Shown here: in pieces, positions 48,377-59,667 of the stretch
Numbering within the stretch: position 1 is the stretch's first letter
Layout: every line of letters starts with the position of its first letter
Source: Deltaproteobacteria bacterium
GTDB taxonomy: Bacteria > Desulfobacterota_D > UBA1144 > Nemesobacterales > CSP1-2
Length of the DNA: 64,000 bases
Assembly: GCA_052390235.1 (NCBI GenBank)
Contig: JBQTHB010000007.1
Span: 77,185 to 141,184 of the forward strand
Direction: 5' to 3'
Notes under the pieces: model-generated
Databases searched by the model: none
What the model saw: only the letters and a program-made list of their open reading frames with translations
What the model was told of the DNA's origin: nothing
Position numbers and translations under genes: made by a program

Positions 48377-51073
48377 TTGAGCGTATCCGATGAAAAAATC
48401 GCCGGAAGCGTCGGCGATGCGACAGACGTCCTCGAAACCGAGGAGTGGCTCGAATCCCTCGACTACGTCTTTAAAAAAGGCGGCGCGCGTCGAGTGCAAT
48501 CTCTTCTGGAGAGCCTCAAAACCCACGCCTCGCATCTGGGAGTGAATATCCCGTTCAGCGCTAACACGCCTTATCTCAACACAATACCGCCTGAAAAACA
48601 GCCCCCATTCCCCGGCAACCGAGGCATTGAACGGCGCATAAAGAGTCTTGTCAGATGGAACGCCATGGCGATAGTCGTTCGCGCCAACCGGCACGAGGAG
48701 GGGATTGGAGGGCATATCTCAACCTACGCCTCGGCGGCAACCCTGTATGAAGTGGCATTCAACCACTTTTTCCTCGCAAAAAACGCAGAACGCCAGGGCG
48801 ATGCCGTTTATTTTCAGGGACACGCATCACCCGGCGTCTATGCCCGCGCATACCTCGAAGGCAGGCTTACGAAAGAGCGATTAGAGAACTTCCGAAATGA
48901 ACTCAGGGTGGAGGGCGGACTAAGCGCCTACCCCCATCCCTGGCTCATGCCAGGTTTCTGGGAGTTTCCCACTGTATCCATGGGGCTTAGCCCGATAATG
49001 GCAATCTATCAGGCGAGGTTCAATCGCTACCTTGAAGACAGGGGGCTGAAAAAACCGTCCGATGCTAGAGTTTGGGCGTTTCTTGGAGACGGCGAAACGG
49101 ACGAGCCTGAAACCCTGGGGGCGATAACCCTCGCCTCGCGCGAGCGGCTCGATAATCTCATCTTTGTCGTAAATTGCAATTTACAGAGGCTCGATGGCCC
49201 GGTGAGGGGGAACGGTAAAATTATTCAAGAGCTTGAGGCGATATTTCGCGGCGCTGGATGGAACGTGATAAAAGTCATCTGGGGAAGCGATTGGGACGCG
49301 CTCATCGCAAAAGACCGCGACGGATTGCTCCTTCGGCGAATGGAAGAGACCGTTGACGGGCAGTATCAAAAATACGTCGTCGAGACCGGCGAATACATCC
49401 GCAAGCATTTCTTCGGCGCAGAGCCTGAACTCCTAGAAATGGTAAAGCACCTGTCCGATGACCAGCTTCGCAAATTAAACCGTGGCGGACACGACCCCGA
49501 AAAGGTCTATGCCGCTTATAGAGCCGCAGTTGACCACAGAGGCTCGCCGACGGTCATTCTCGCCAAAACCATCAAGGGCTACGGTCTTGGCGAAAGCGGC
49601 GAAGGCAGAAACATCACTCATCAGCAAAAAAAACTCAACGAAGACGAACTCAAGGAGTTTAGAAGCCGATTCGGCATCCCAATTTCGGACGATGACGTAG
49701 CCGCCGCCCCGTTCTATAAACCCTCGGATGATAGCCCGGAGATGAAATATCTACATGAGCGGCGCAAATCCCTGGGCGGATACCTCCCGGAGCGCGCCGT
49801 TAGCTGTAATAAACCCATTACCGTCCCCGCAGAGGGCATTTTCGATGAATTCTACAGGGGCTCAGGCAATAGAGCGTTCTCCACCACAATGGCGGCCGTG
49901 CGGATGCTCGCAACACTCCTGCGCGATAAGGACATAGGCAGGTTTATAGTCCCCATAGTGCCGGACGAGGCGCGCACGTTCGGGATGGAGGCGCTTTTCA
50001 GGCAGGTCGGCATCTACTCCCACGTGGGACAACTCTACGAGCCGGTGGACGCGCAGACCCTGCTCTACTACCGCGAGGCTCTGGACGGGCAGATTCTCGA
50101 AGAGGGAATCACCGAGGCAGGCTCGATGTCTTCGTTCATTGCGGCGGGAACTGCTTATTCAACGCACGGGATAAATACGATTCCCGTTTTCATGTTCTAT
50201 TCCATGTTTGGACTTCAGAGGATAGGGGATTTGGTCTGGGCGGCGGGCGATATGCGCGCTAAGGGGTTTCTCATAGGCGGCACCTCCGGCAGGACGACTC
50301 TCGCTGGCGAGGGGCTGCAGCATCAAGACGGAAACAGCCATCTTCTGGCATATCCTGTGCCGAATCTAAAGGCTTACGACCCGGCTTTCGCCTACGAGCT
50401 TGCCGTTATCATCCGCGAGGGGATAAGGCGTATGTACGAGGCGGAGGAGGGTATTTTCTACTACATTACGGTTATGAACGAGCCGTATCCCCAGCCTCCG
50501 ATGCCCGAGGGCGCGCGCGAGGGAATACTGCGAGGGATGTATAAATTCAGGGGTTCGGGGATTTCGCCAAGGGGTAAACTCCAAGCCGAGCTGTTCGGGA
50601 GCGGCGCGATACTCAACGAGGTACTAGCGGCGCAAAAAATCCTAGAGGAGCGCTACGGGGTGTCGGCGAATGTTTGGAGCGTTACGAGCTATAAAGAGCT
50701 CTATCGGGACGGGCTGGACGCGGAGAGGTGGAATATGCTTCACCCCTCAGAGCCGCCGAGGATTCCCTACATTACCCAGTGCGTCGGGGATGCCGAGGGG
50801 GTGTTTGTCGCCGCTACGGACTATGTAAAGGCTCTGCCGGACTCAATCTCCCAGTGGCTTGCCAAGCCGCTTGTTTCGCTTGGGACGGACGGCTACGGCA
50901 GGAGCGACTCGCGTAGGGTGCTTCGGGAATTTTTCGAGGTTGACTCGCGGTTTGTCGTGATAGCGGCGCTCTCGGCTCTGGCGCGGGAGGGAAAAATAAA
51001 ATCCAAAGTAGTTGAGAAAGCCATAGCAGATTTGGGGATAAATCCGGCGAAGGCAAACCCTATGACGGCGTGA
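48377..51073 (+). CDS. aceE: Pyruvate dehydrogenase E1, homodimeric type
   Basis: GGHISTYASAA, FPTVSMGL, GDGETDEPE, NLQRLDGPVRGN, GEGLQHQDG. Confidence 0.97.
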   Translation: MSVSDEKIAGSVGDATDVLETEEWLESLDYVFKKGGARRVQSLLESLKTHASHLGVNIPFSANTPYLNTIPPEKQPPFPGNRGIERRIKSLVRWNAMAIVVRANRHEEGIGGHISTYASAATLYEVAFNHFFLAKNAERQGDAVYFQGHASPGVYARAYLEGRLTKERLENFRNELRVEGGLSAYPHPWLMPGFWEFPTVSMGLSPIMAIYQARFNRYLEDRGLKKPSDARVWAFLGDGETDEPETLGAITLASRERLDNLIFVVNCNLQRLDGPVRGNGKIIQELEAIFRGAGWNVIKVIWGSDWDALIAKDRDGLLLRRMEETVDGQYQKYVVETGEYIRKHFFGAEPELLEMVKHLSDDQLRKLNRGGHDPEKVYAAYRAAVDHRGSPTVILAKTIKGYGLGESGEGRNITHQQKKLNEDELKEFRSRFGIPISDDDVAAAPFYKPSDDSPEMKYLHERRKSLGGYLPERAVSCNKPITVPAEGIFDEFYRGSGNRAFSTTMAAVRMLATLLRDKDIGRFIVPIVPDEARTFGMEALFRQVGIYSHVGQLYEPVDAQTLLYYREALDGQILEEGITEAGSMSSFIAAGTAYSTHGINTIPVFMFYSMFGLQRIGDLVWAAGDMRAKGFLIGGTSGRTTLAGEGLQHQDGNSHLLAYPVPNLKAYDPAFAYELAVIIREGIRRMYEAEEGIFYYITVMNEPYPQPPMPEGAREGILRGMYKFRGSGISPRGKLQAELFGSGAILNEVLAAQKILEERYGVSANVWSVTSYKELYRDGLDAERWNMLHPSEPPRIPYITQCVGDAEGVFVAATDYVKALPDSISQWLAKPLVSLGTDGYGRSDSRRVLREFFEVDSRFVVIAALSALAREGKIKSKVVEKAIADLGINPAKANPMTA

Positions 51074-51157
51074 TGCTGTGTCGAGACGTGGATACCCAAG
51101 CATTTGAGCATCAAAAATTTGCGGTGATTTAAGTCTAACAGAGAGGTTCTATCAGCA

Positions 51158-52477
51158 ATGGCAACTGAATTCAGACTGCCTGAACTCGGCGAGGATATTG
51201 AATCGGGCGAAGTGGTGAGGGTTCTCGTCTCGGCGGGGGATAGAGTCGCGGAGAATGAAACCGTGATGGAGGTTGAAACCGATAAGGCTACCATTGAGAT
51301 TCCCGCGCCCCTACAAGGCGCTATCTTGGCGGTTCACGTCAAAGCCGGCGATAAGGTCAATGTGGGGGGACTGCTCATCACAATTGCCGAAGACGCTCCT
51401 TTGCCGAAATCAGCCGAAGCTTCGATTAAACCGGCATCGCCGGAAAAGCCGCTTGAACAGAAGCAACAAGTAGATACCGCCGAAGTTCCCAAAGAATCGC
51501 CGAGCCGCGCCCGCGAGAATGACAAAGCCGCATCGCCACCTAAGTCCGTCGCCAGCTCGCCTGAACCAGCCCCGGCCTCTCCCTCGGTGAGGAGGCTTGC
51601 CCGCGAGCTTGGGGTTGACGTTAACCTCGTTTCCGCCACGGGCTTGGCGGGGAGAATTTCCGAGGACGACGTGAAAAATTACGTCCGCACCGCTCTTATT
51701 GAGGATAAATCTGAGCGCGGCGGCGAATCTAGCCGTACGCCGGTGAGGGAGACGCCGGAGCTTCCCGATTTCTCGAAATGGGGGGAAATTGAGCGCGCGC
51801 CAATGTCGAATATACGCCAGAGAATCTCCGATGCGATGACTCATTCCTGGACGACAGCGCCGCACGTGTCCCAGCACAATAAAGCCGATATTACAAAGCT
51901 CGACGCCCTGAGAAGGGATTTCGCCCCCAAATTGCAAGGCGGAAAACTCACGGTTACCGCGATTTTAATTAAAATCGCCGCCTCAGCCCTCGTGGCGTTC
52001 CCCAAATTTGCGTCAAGCCTCGATGCCGCGCGCGCAGAGATAATCTATAAAAAATACCGCCACATCGGAATCGCCGTTGATACTGAGCGCGGACTCGTCG
52101 TTCCGGTCATCCGCGATGCCGATAAGAAAAACATCGCCGAAATCTCAGCCGAGCTTGCGCTTGTGTCCGAGCGGGCAAGGAGCAGGAAAATTACGCCTGA
52201 GGAGCTTCGGGGCGGCGTTTTTACCATCAGCAATCAGGGAAGCGTCGGGGGCGGGTTTTTCTCCCCCATCATTTATACGCCACAGGTGGCTATATTGGGA
52301 GTATCTAGAGCGCAGATTGAGCCTCGGTTCATTGACGGCGGGTTCGAGCCTCGGCTGATGCTCCCGCTTTCTCTCTCCCACGACCACAGAGTGATTGACG
52401 GGGCAGATGCCGTGAGGTTCATGAATTGGATTATTGAGGCACTTGAGGAGCCGTTTAAACTCCTCGTTGAGGGCTAG
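51158..52477 (+). CDS. aceF: Dihydrolipoamide acetyltransferase E2
   Basis: Lipoyl domain VETDKA, E3-binding ASPSVRRLARELGV, DHRVIDGA. Confidence 0.92.
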   Translation: MATEFRLPELGEDIESGEVVRVLVSAGDRVAENETVMEVETDKATIEIPAPLQGAILAVHVKAGDKVNVGGLLITIAEDAPLPKSAEASIKPASPEKPLEQKQQVDTAEVPKESPSRARENDKAASPPKSVASSPEPAPASPSVRRLARELGVDVNLVSATGLAGRISEDDVKNYVRTALIEDKSERGGESSRTPVRETPELPDFSKWGEIERAPMSNIRQRISDAMTHSWTTAPHVSQHNKADITKLDALRRDFAPKLQGGKLTVTAILIKIAASALVAFPKFASSLDAARAEIIYKKYRHIGIAVDTERGLVVPVIRDADKKNIAEISAELALVSERARSRKITPEELRGGVFTISNQGSVGGGFFSPIIYTPQVAILGVSRAQIEPRFIDGGFEPRLMLPLSLSHDHRVIDGADAVRFMNWIIEALEEPFKLLVEG

Positions 52478-52486
52478 CGCAGATAG

Positions 52487-53197
52487 CTAACTTTTCCCAT
52501 AGACCGGAATTGATGCGCCGTTTATGGGCTTTGAGTCATCTGAGGCTAGGAACGCTATCACTTTTGCTATTGCCTCCGGCCCGACCCACTTCGAGAAGTC
52601 GGCATCTGGCATATCGCGCCTGTTCTGAGGCGTGTCAATAGTTCCGGGTAGAATGGCGTTTACGTTTATGTCGAAATCCCGCGTTTCATCGGCTAGGGCT
52701 TCGGTCAAATTCATGACTCCGGCTTTGGACGCCCCGTAAGCCCCCACACCCGCCGAGCCTTTTAGAGCGGGGCGCGATGAGACATTTACTATTCTGCCGT
52801 AATTCTGCGCTGTCATAAGGGGCAGGGCGGCTCGCGCGCACAGAAATGCAGATTTCAGATTAATACTCATCATCCTGTCCCACGTTTTCTCATCAGTATC
52901 CGCTACTCTGCCATAGGCGAATCCCCCGACGAGGTTGACCAAGATGTGAATCCCTCCGAACTCCGAGGCAGTTCTATTCATCAGATAAGCGGCGGCATCC
53001 GGCTTGGTAACGTCTGCCACGACGAGAATGAGATTTGGCTTATGAGCTTCCATCAGACCCGACATCGCTTCCGCCTCATGTTCCAAAATATAAGACGAGG
53101 CGACTCTCGCCCCTCTCCGAAGAAATTCCGAGACCACGGCTCTTCCCAGCGCTCCCGTTCCTCCCGCGATTAAGGCAACTTTTCCATTTAGATTCAT
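52487..53197 (-). CDS. SDR family oxidoreductase
   Basis: GGTGALG, YGASK, NAILPGTIDTP; GGAGG RBS before ATG 53197. Confidence 0.9.
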   Translation of the reverse strand: MNLNGKVALIAGGTGALGRAVVSEFLRRGARVASSYILEHEAEAMSGLMEAHKPNLILVVADVTKPDAAAYLMNRTASEFGGIHILVNLVGGFAYGRVADTDEKTWDRMMSINLKSAFLCARAALPLMTAQNYGRIVNVSSRPALKGSAGVGAYGASKAGVMNLTEALADETRDFDINVNAILPGTIDTPQNRRDMPDADFSKWVGPEAIAKVIAFLASDDSKPINGASIPVYGKS

Positions 53198-53345
53198 GCC
53201 GCCCTCCAAGTTGAGAAATAGAGAACATAGACGATAAATATAAATCAACGGCGACTAATCCATTCCCGAATTTCAGACGTATATTTAAGTTGTTTAATTC
53301 GGTATATTATAGCCGATTTCAGCATCATTTAAGGAGGCTTTATTC

Positions 53346-53954
53346 TTGAATCGCCGCAGCGTCTGCCCCAAAATCCTGCTCTGCTTAGCCATATTCCCAT
53401 TTCTGCTCGTTTTATCTTGCTCCCCGACAGAGAGCGAGAACGTCCCCGACCTTGCCGTAACCAACGTATCGGCGCTGGGAGTGAGAATCACCATACCCGA
53501 CTCCGTTTATGGCAACTGCCTCTGGACGGCAGATAACATCCTATGCGAGCCGGAGCAGATTACGCAGGTTCTCCTCTCGTGGGTGGATATAAGGGTTGAG
53601 GAGTGGATAGCCTCGCGCCCCAGAGTTAGCCGCGAGATGCTTCTGTCCTTTGCGCGGGATTTGAAGGTCTCTCTTGTTGATAATTGGTTTCTCGTGTGCG
53701 ACCCCGGGCCCGGCGACCTCTGTAGCGGAGTGAGCGCCGACGGACGCATAGGCGTGTCAATTTACAATTTCTATTTCTCTCTCAGCCAATGCCCAGATGC
53801 CGTACCCGACCATCTGGAGTTTTCAACTCAGGAACTGTCCGAGATTTCGGGCAAGGATTTCTGGCTAGGGATACCGGAGCGGTTCGGATGCGGCTTCGTT
53901 GGCGAGGTGGGAATCCCGGCGTTAGTTCATGAACTCGATAACGCTATAGATTAG
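53346..53954 (+). CDS. Hypothetical cysteine-rich lipoprotein
   Basis: AGGAGG RBS, lipobox VLSC, six further Cys. Confidence 0.6.
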   Translation: MNRRSVCPKILLCLAIFPFLLVLSCSPTESENVPDLAVTNVSALGVRITIPDSVYGNCLWTADNILCEPEQITQVLLSWVDIRVEEWIASRPRVSREMLLSFARDLKVSLVDNWFLVCDPGPGDLCSGVSADGRIGVSIYNFYFSLSQCPDAVPDHLEFSTQELSEISGKDFWLGIPERFGCGFVGEVGIPALVHELDNAID

Positions 53955-54016
53955 CTCGAAATTCCCAGCGCTGAATCTATTATGATAGTACGATACCGCG
54001 CTGGCGGGAGAGAGGG

Positions 54017-54451
54017 ATGATGCAGAAAATGACTGAATCCGAGCGCCGAGAGTTTTTACTCCACGGGACGAGAACCGCAAAGCTCGCTACGGTTGGGCGC
54101 GACGGATGCCCCCGCGTTACGCCGGTTTGGTTCGATCTCGACGGAGATACAGTTGTGTTTACGACAGGGGGCGCGTCGGCTAAAGCGGCGAATATGAGGC
54201 GAAACAGTGCCGTTTCAATCTGCGTTGACGACGAGACGCCTCCCTTTGCCTTTGTGCGTATAGACGGCGTTGCCGAGGTTATAGATAACCCCGACCCCCA
54301 GACTCTGCTCTACTGGACGACGCGCATTGGGGGCAGATACATGGGGGCGGATTTGGCTGAGGCATACGGCAGGAGAAACGGCGTTCCGGGGGAGGTTTTG
54401 GTGCGCGTCAAGCCGGAGAGAATTACTTCCCTAAAAGGCATTGCCGACTAG
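54017..54451 (+). CDS. PPOX-class (pyridoxamine 5'-phosphate oxidase-like, possibly F420-dependent) oxidoreductase
   Basis: RTAKLATV..DG.P..TPVWF, K..NMRRN..VSICVDDETPPF, RNGVPGE. Confidence 0.8.
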   Translation: MMQKMTESERREFLLHGTRTAKLATVGRDGCPRVTPVWFDLDGDTVVFTTGGASAKAANMRRNSAVSICVDDETPPFAFVRIDGVAEVIDNPDPQTLLYWTTRIGGRYMGADLAEAYGRRNGVPGEVLVRVKPERITSLKGIAD

Positions 54452-54534
54452 CTCGAAGCGGGCGGAAATTGACAGAAATCGGCTAGTCCTTACACTTAGC
54501 AATATCCCCATCATACGCGGCAGAGCGGTTTTAA

Positions 54535-54882
54535 ATGGAAATTCTAATTTCGATGAAAGCCGAACCCCTAGATAAAGGGCTTGAACCCCTGTGGCGAGCT
54601 ATGGCAATGCCCTCGGCGCAGACCAAGAGACTGTTCATCGCAGAGTTCAGGGAAGGAGAGGCGGACAAGCTCATAATATTGAATAAATGCGTTGATATTC
54701 TCGAAAGAAGGCTCGATAAAGACAGTTTCAGGCTCGAGAACACCCTCTTTGGATTCATCCTCAAGAAGAAAGTGGATGACACTCTCGAATACAAAGAAGC
54801 CTGGGAGAGGTGGGTCGGGTTCTCAATGACGCTCTATGAAGAGCTTGCCGCCCTGCTCGATGAAGAAACCGTGGGCGAATAG
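54535..54882 (+). CDS. Hypothetical protein
   Basis: 115-aa ORF co-oriented with neighbours and filling the gap; no motif recognised. Confidence 0.55.
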   Translation: MEILISMKAEPLDKGLEPLWRAMAMPSAQTKRLFIAEFREGEADKLIILNKCVDILERRLDKDSFRLENTLFGFILKKKVDDTLEYKEAWERWVGFSMTLYEELAALLDEETVGE

Positions 54883-55037
54883 TAAGACTGCCCCGCCGTT
54901 AACCCCATTTCTCCAGCTTGAGCCGCAAGCCTCAAAACCCCTTCGGATTTCTTGCTTTTCCCCGTCCATTCGCTAATAATTCATTGGAAAATTGAACTAG
55001 AACCCCTAAAATCATTAGGAGAGCGAACCCCCACACT

Positions 55038-57842
55038 ATGCCCGACGATAAAACGGACTATAAAAACACCCTAAACCTCCCACATACAGATTTCCCAATG
55101 AAGGCAAATCTCAATCAGCGAGAACCAGAGACGCTTAAGCAGTGGGAAGAGGACAAGCTATTTGAGCAGATACGCAAAGCCAGTGGCGGGCGTCCCAAAT
55201 TCGTCCTGCACGATGGGCCGCCTTACGCAAACGGCCATATCCACATGGGACACTGCCTCAACAAAGTCCTCAAGGACATCATCGTTAAATCCAAAACCAT
55301 GTCCGGGTTCGATTCCTGCTACGTTCCCGGCTGGGACTGCCACGGGCTACCCATCGAGTATCAGGTAACCAAGGATTTAGGCGGCAAAAAAGAGGGCATG
55401 ACCAAAGCCGATATAAGAAAGCTCTGCCGCGCCTATGCCGAGAAGTTCGTCAATATTCAGAGGGAGGAATTCAAGCGCCTCGGCATTTTTGGCGACTGGG
55501 ATAATCCATATCTCACCATGAGCTACCCCTACGAGGCGGCAATTGCCGCAGAACTCGGACGCTTTATCGAAAACGGGGGCTTATACCGGGGCAAAAAGCC
55601 CGTCTATTGGTGCTATTCCTGCCAAACCGCCCTTGCCGAAGCCGAGGTTGAATACGAGGATAAACACTCTCCCTCGCTTTACGTTAAATTTCCCATCTCA
55701 TCTAGCCAAATATCCGCCAAATTCCCCTCGCTCCGGGGCAGGGACGCATTTGCGCTAATTTGGACTACCACTCCCTGGACGCTTCCCGCAAACCAGGCCC
55801 TCGCGTTTCACCCCGATTACGAATACGTTGCCGTGGACTCAGGAGGGGAGGTCTATATCGTAGCCGAGGCTCTGAGGGAAAAACTGTTCGCTGACGCTCC
55901 GGCGCTTGAGAAATTCACAGGCAGATCGATTGAAGGGGCTAGGTTTTCGCATCCTTTCTATGATAGAGAATCCGCAGCGACGGTTGCTGGATTCGTAACC
56001 CTCGACACAGGCACGGGGATTGTCCACATCGCCCCGGGACACGGACAGGAGGACTACGAAGTGGGAATCCGCTACGGGCTAGATATATACGCCCCAGTGG
56101 ACGATAGGGGGAAATTTATAAAGTCCGTTGAGTTCTTCGGCGGGATGTTTGTCTATAACGCCAACAAGAGCATTATTGAGAAGCTCGGCGAGTTGGGGCG
56201 GCTCTTTAGGGAGCAGAAATTCTCCCATTCCTATCCCCACTGCTGGCGATGTAAAAACCCCGTCATTTTCAGGGCGACCCCGCAGTGGTTCATCTCGATG
56301 GACAGGGGCGGACTGCGCAAAAATGCCCTATTCGAGATTGACAACCGCGTGAGGTGGATTCCCGGCTGGGGGAGAGATAGGATTTTCAATATGATAGAGA
56401 ACCGCCCGGATTGGTGTGTTTCCCGCCAGAGGGCTTGGGGCGTGCCGATACCGGTGTTCTACTGCGGCAGTTGCGGAGAGATGCTTATGGGCGGCGAGAT
56501 TTCGAGTCATATATCGCGGATTTTCGAGTCCGAGGGGGCAGACGCCTGGTTCACGCGCGAGGCGTCGGAGCTTGTGCCGCAGGGGATGACGTGTGGCAAG
56601 TGCGGGGGGGGCAGTTTCAGCAAAGAGACCGACATTTTGGATGTGTGGTTTGATTCGGGGTCGAGCTTTGCCGCCGTCTGCGAGCGGCGAGCGGAGCTTT
56701 CAATGCCCGCCGATATGTACCTAGAGGGGAGCGACCAGCACCGAGGGTGGTTTCACTCGAGTCTCTTAGTGGCGGTCGGCACAAGGGGGAGGGCGCCCTA
56801 TAAATCAGTCCTCACACACGGCTTTGTGGTGGATAAAGAGGGCGAGAAGATGTCTAAATCCAAGGGCAATGTTACTGTGCCTGCGGAGATAATCAAAAAA
56901 TACGGGGCCGAGATTCTCAGGCTCTGGACTGCCGCCGAGGACTACCGGGGGGATATTAGAATCTCATCTGAAATCCTAGAGCGGCTCACCGAAGCCTATA
57001 GAAAAATCCGAAACACATTTCGCTATCTCCTCAGCAATATTCACGATTTTGACCCCTCGACGCACTCCGTAGCCTATGAAAACCTCGAAGAAATTGATAA
57101 GTGGATACTCCACAGGCTCGGAACATCAACGGGGAAAATAAGACGCGCCTATGACGAGTACGAGTTTCACATCCTCTACCACGAGCTTCAGCGGTTCTGT
57201 ATTGTTGACCTAAGCTCGGTCTATCTGGATGTGCAAAAGGACACGCTCTACACCTATCCCGCCGACTCTCCCGAGAGGAGGTCGTCCCAATCCGCTATGC
57301 ACACGGCTCTGGGCGCGCTTCTTAGGCTTGCCGCGCCTGTGCTGTCCTTTACAGCAGACGAGGCGTGGAGATATATGACGGGGGAAAAGGAGGGGAGCGT
57401 GCATCTGGCGCAGTTCCCAAATGCGGATTTTATTGACCATGAGCTTGACGCAAAATGGAGTCGGCTCATTGCGCTGAGGGATGAGATATTGAAAGCCCTT
57501 GAGAGGGCGAGAAGGGAGAAATTTATTGGAAGCTCGCTCGAAGCCGGGGTTAAATTGTACTCAAGCGACGAGGAGGCGAGAGGGTTTATCGCCGAGAATT
57601 TAGACCAGCTTAAGCGGCTGGGAATCGTCTCTCATGCTCAGTGTGTTGATAATCCGCCAAACGGGGATAATACTTTCCATAGCGCCGAGGTTCTGGGGCT
57701 GATTATCGGGGTAGAAAAGGCGCCGGGAAAAAAGTGCGAGCGGTGCTGGATGTACTGGACTTCGGTTGGAGAGGACGTAAATTATCCGACCCTCTGCGCC
57801 AGATGCGTGAGGCGCGTTTCAGTCGGCACAGATAGGAGGTAG
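55038..57842 (+). CDS. ileS: Isoleucine--tRNA ligase
   Basis: [38 protein letters not shown]-terminal CERCW..CARC zinc finger. Confidence 0.97.
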   Translation: MPDDKTDYKNTLNLPHTDFPMKANLNQREPETLKQWEEDKLFEQIRKASGGRPKFVLHDGPPYANGHIHMGHCLNKVLKDIIVKSKTMSGFDSCYVPGWDCHGLPIEYQVTKDLGGKKEGMTKADIRKLCRAYAEKFVNIQREEFKRLGIFGDWDNPYLTMSYPYEAAIAAELGRFIENGGLYRGKKPVYWCYSCQTALAEAEVEYEDKHSPSLYVKFPISSSQISAKFPSLRGRDAFALIWTTTPWTLPANQALAFHPDYEYVAVDSGGEVYIVAEALREKLFADAPALEKFTGRSIEGARFSHPFYDRESAATVAGFVTLDTGTGIVHIAPGHGQEDYEVGIRYGLDIYAPVDDRGKFIKSVEFFGGMFVYNANKSIIEKLGELGRLFREQKFSHSYPHCWRCKNPVIFRATPQWFISMDRGGLRKNALFEIDNRVRWIPGWGRDRIFNMIENRPDWCVSRQRAWGVPIPVFYCGSCGEMLMGGEISSHISRIFESEGADAWFTREASELVPQGMTCGKCGGGSFSKETDILDVWFDSGSSFAAVCERRAELSMPADMYLEGSDQHRGWFHSSLLVAVGTRGRAPYKSVLTHGFVVDKEGEKMSKSKGNVTVPAEIIKKYGAEILRLWTAAEDYRGDIRISSEILERLTEAYRKIRNTFRYLLSNIHDFDPSTHSVAYENLEEIDKWILHRLGTSTGKIRRAYDEYEFHILYHELQRFCIVDLSSVYLDVQKDTLYTYPADSPERRSSQSAMHTALGALLRLAAPVLSFTADEAWRYMTGEKEGSVHLAQFPNADFIDHELDAKWSRLIALRDEILKALERARREKFIGSSLEAGVKLYSSDEEARGFIAENLDQLKRLGIVSHAQCVDNPPNGDNTFHSAEVLGLIIGVEKAPGKKCERCWMYWTSVGEDVNYPTLCARCVRRVSVGTDRR

Positions 57843-57847
57843 AGATT

Positions 57848-58225
57848 ATGAGAGCTATAATGCTCGCGGCTATTATTCTCACTGCCGCGTCATGCGCCCC
57901 GTACAGACCCGTAGTGGACGCGGCGTCGCTAAAAGACAGGGGGAAATACGAATCTGATTTAATCGAGTGCGAGGCTCTAGCCAGGCAAAACACCAACCCA
58001 GAGGGAGACGCCCTTGGAGGAGCCGTCGTTGGAGGCGGCATAGGGGCTGGGCTTGGCGCGTTGATAGCCGCTATTTTCGACGGGAGTGTCTGGCGGGGAG
58101 CGGCCCTCGGAGGGGTATTCGGAGGGGCGCAGGGGGCGGCTCAAGGGGGGATTTCTGCAAATCAGGAATATGAGCAGATATATGCCGGATGCATGAGGGG
58201 CAGGGGATATAATATTCTCAACTAA
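57848..58225 (+). CDS. Glycine-zipper lipoprotein
   Basis: Lipobox AASC, GxxxG repeats, CMRGRGY. Confidence 0.8.
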   Translation: MRAIMLAAIILTAASCAPYRPVVDAASLKDRGKYESDLIECEALARQNTNPEGDALGGAVVGGGIGAGLGALIAAIFDGSVWRGAALGGVFGGAQGAAQGGISANQEYEQIYAGCMRGRGYNILN

Positions 58226-58246
58226 ACATTAAGCGGAGAAGATATT

Positions 58247-58573
58247 ATGAACTTTGCAAGGCTCATATCCGCGCTGTTTGATACGAAATTTTCAGTCTCC
58301 ATAACCCCAGAAGCTGTAAAAATCCTCTATGCCGGGGGAATTGCGAGCGCCGGCTTGATGGGGATAATTCTGGTCATAGGCGCTTTTGTGGATTCGGTCG
58401 CCAGCGGGATTTTGGCAACTGCTGCGGCGCTTCCCGTTTTTCTTTTATTTGCGATTGCCCTGAGGCTATGGTGCGAGGCAAAGATAGCCATTTTCGATGT
58501 GGCCGACAGTCTAAGAGAAATAGCCAAAAGCTCTGAGGACTCCCCTGAAACACCCGGCGGGTTAGATAACTAA
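58247..58573 (+). CDS. DUF4282-like membrane protein
   Basis: LFDTKFS..ITP..KILY, RLWCE..IAIF. Confidence 0.65.
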   Translation: MNFARLISALFDTKFSVSITPEAVKILYAGGIASAGLMGIILVIGAFVDSVASGILATAAALPVFLLFAIALRLWCEAKIAIFDVADSLREIAKSSEDSPETPGGLDN

Positions 58574-59569
58574 TTCCTCGGATTTGACTATCTTAACCCC
58601 GGCATCTGCAAACTTGCGAAATGCCCTCTCGGCTTCATCTGTATAATCAATCACTCCCGGAATGACTACAGGAGACGCGCAGTCCTCAAGTATATGCACT
58701 CTGTCGGCGTATCGCGCATCTCGCATCCCAATTTCGATTAATAAATCATCAATTGTCCATGCTACGCAGTGGCTCTTTGCCTGTCCAGCGATAATTACGG
58801 CGTCAAACCCCATTAGAGCCTCTATTAGCTCCTGATTCTGCGGGGCTATGGGTTTCCCCTCAGGGTCTGAGGCAATTTCGGGACTCAGAGCTGAGTAGTA
58901 TTCCGTGAGCGGAGCAAGCCCCTTCTGATGAAAGCGGGGTTGGCTATAGCGGGCAATGGAGTGAAAAAATATTGCCTCCTCGACTGCTGAGACAAGCGCG
59001 TGTCCTATCCCGCCCAGCATTGCGTGATAGGGCCAGGCAGTCAAGCTATATTTTCCTTTCCTGTGAAGCTCACCGGTATAAAAGCTCAAGTAGCGCTTTA
59101 GATAATCTAAACTAACGCCTAATGTTTTGCCAAACTCTGCGCAGAGCCTCCAATCCCCGATTTCTGCATCAATCTGAGTGATTTGGGTAAATGGCTTTGG
59201 GCGCCTCCCTTGGGAATCCAATAGCGCGGCGGCATGAAATATCTGCATTGCCTGATGCGTGTCCATGGTCGGAATTATTTGAGTGATTTTGCCAAGGTTG
59301 CGGTATATAAACCCGCAGAGCCTTTTATTGTCTTCTACGGCTCCCATTCCTGAACGACCGCCTACGTAGAGTTCAAATCCGGGGATGCAAAATGTGTTTT
59401 GAACATCAATCAGCAGAAGGCACGTTCTTTTCTCATCCCCCGACGCCGGAGAGATTTGGTGGACTTGCGCCCACTGCATCGCCGCCTCGGCTATATGTTC
59501 ATAGTCAACCTTCCAGACCTGCGATACTTTCTCAGGGTTATAATGCGAGGGAATTGGAAGCTCTTTCAT
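58562..59569 (-). CDS. Isochorismatase/nicotinamidase-like cysteine hydrolase
   Basis: LLIDVQNTFC, TMDTH, WPYH, AGQAKSHCV, LEDCASPV. Confidence 0.85.
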   Translation of the reverse strand: MKELPIPSHYNPEKVSQVWKVDYEHIAEAAMQWAQVHQISPASGDEKRTCLLLIDVQNTFCIPGFELYVGGRSGMGAVEDNKRLCGFIYRNLGKITQIIPTMDTHQAMQIFHAAALLDSQGRRPKPFTQITQIDAEIGDWRLCAEFGKTLGVSLDYLKRYLSFYTGELHRKGKYSLTAWPYHAMLGGIGHALVSAVEEAIFFHSIARYSQPRFHQKGLAPLTEYYSALSPEIASDPEGKPIAPQNQELIEALMGFDAVIIAGQAKSHCVAWTIDDLLIEIGMRDARYADRVHILEDCASPVVIPGVIDYTDEAERAFRKFADAGVKIVKSEELVI

Positions 59570-59667
59570 GTATTATCTCTCAATTGGGTGATTTTATGGA
59601 TTTCTGTGAAATTTTATTTTACGATATTCAAATCAAACCGCAAACCCCCAAGAGAGCCAGCATCGCC

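Noticed and set aside
59392..59667. Long N-terminal extension of LutA in the ORF track
   Set aside because: Most of it overlaps the opposite-strand hydrolase gene; LutA-like sequence begins near 59690
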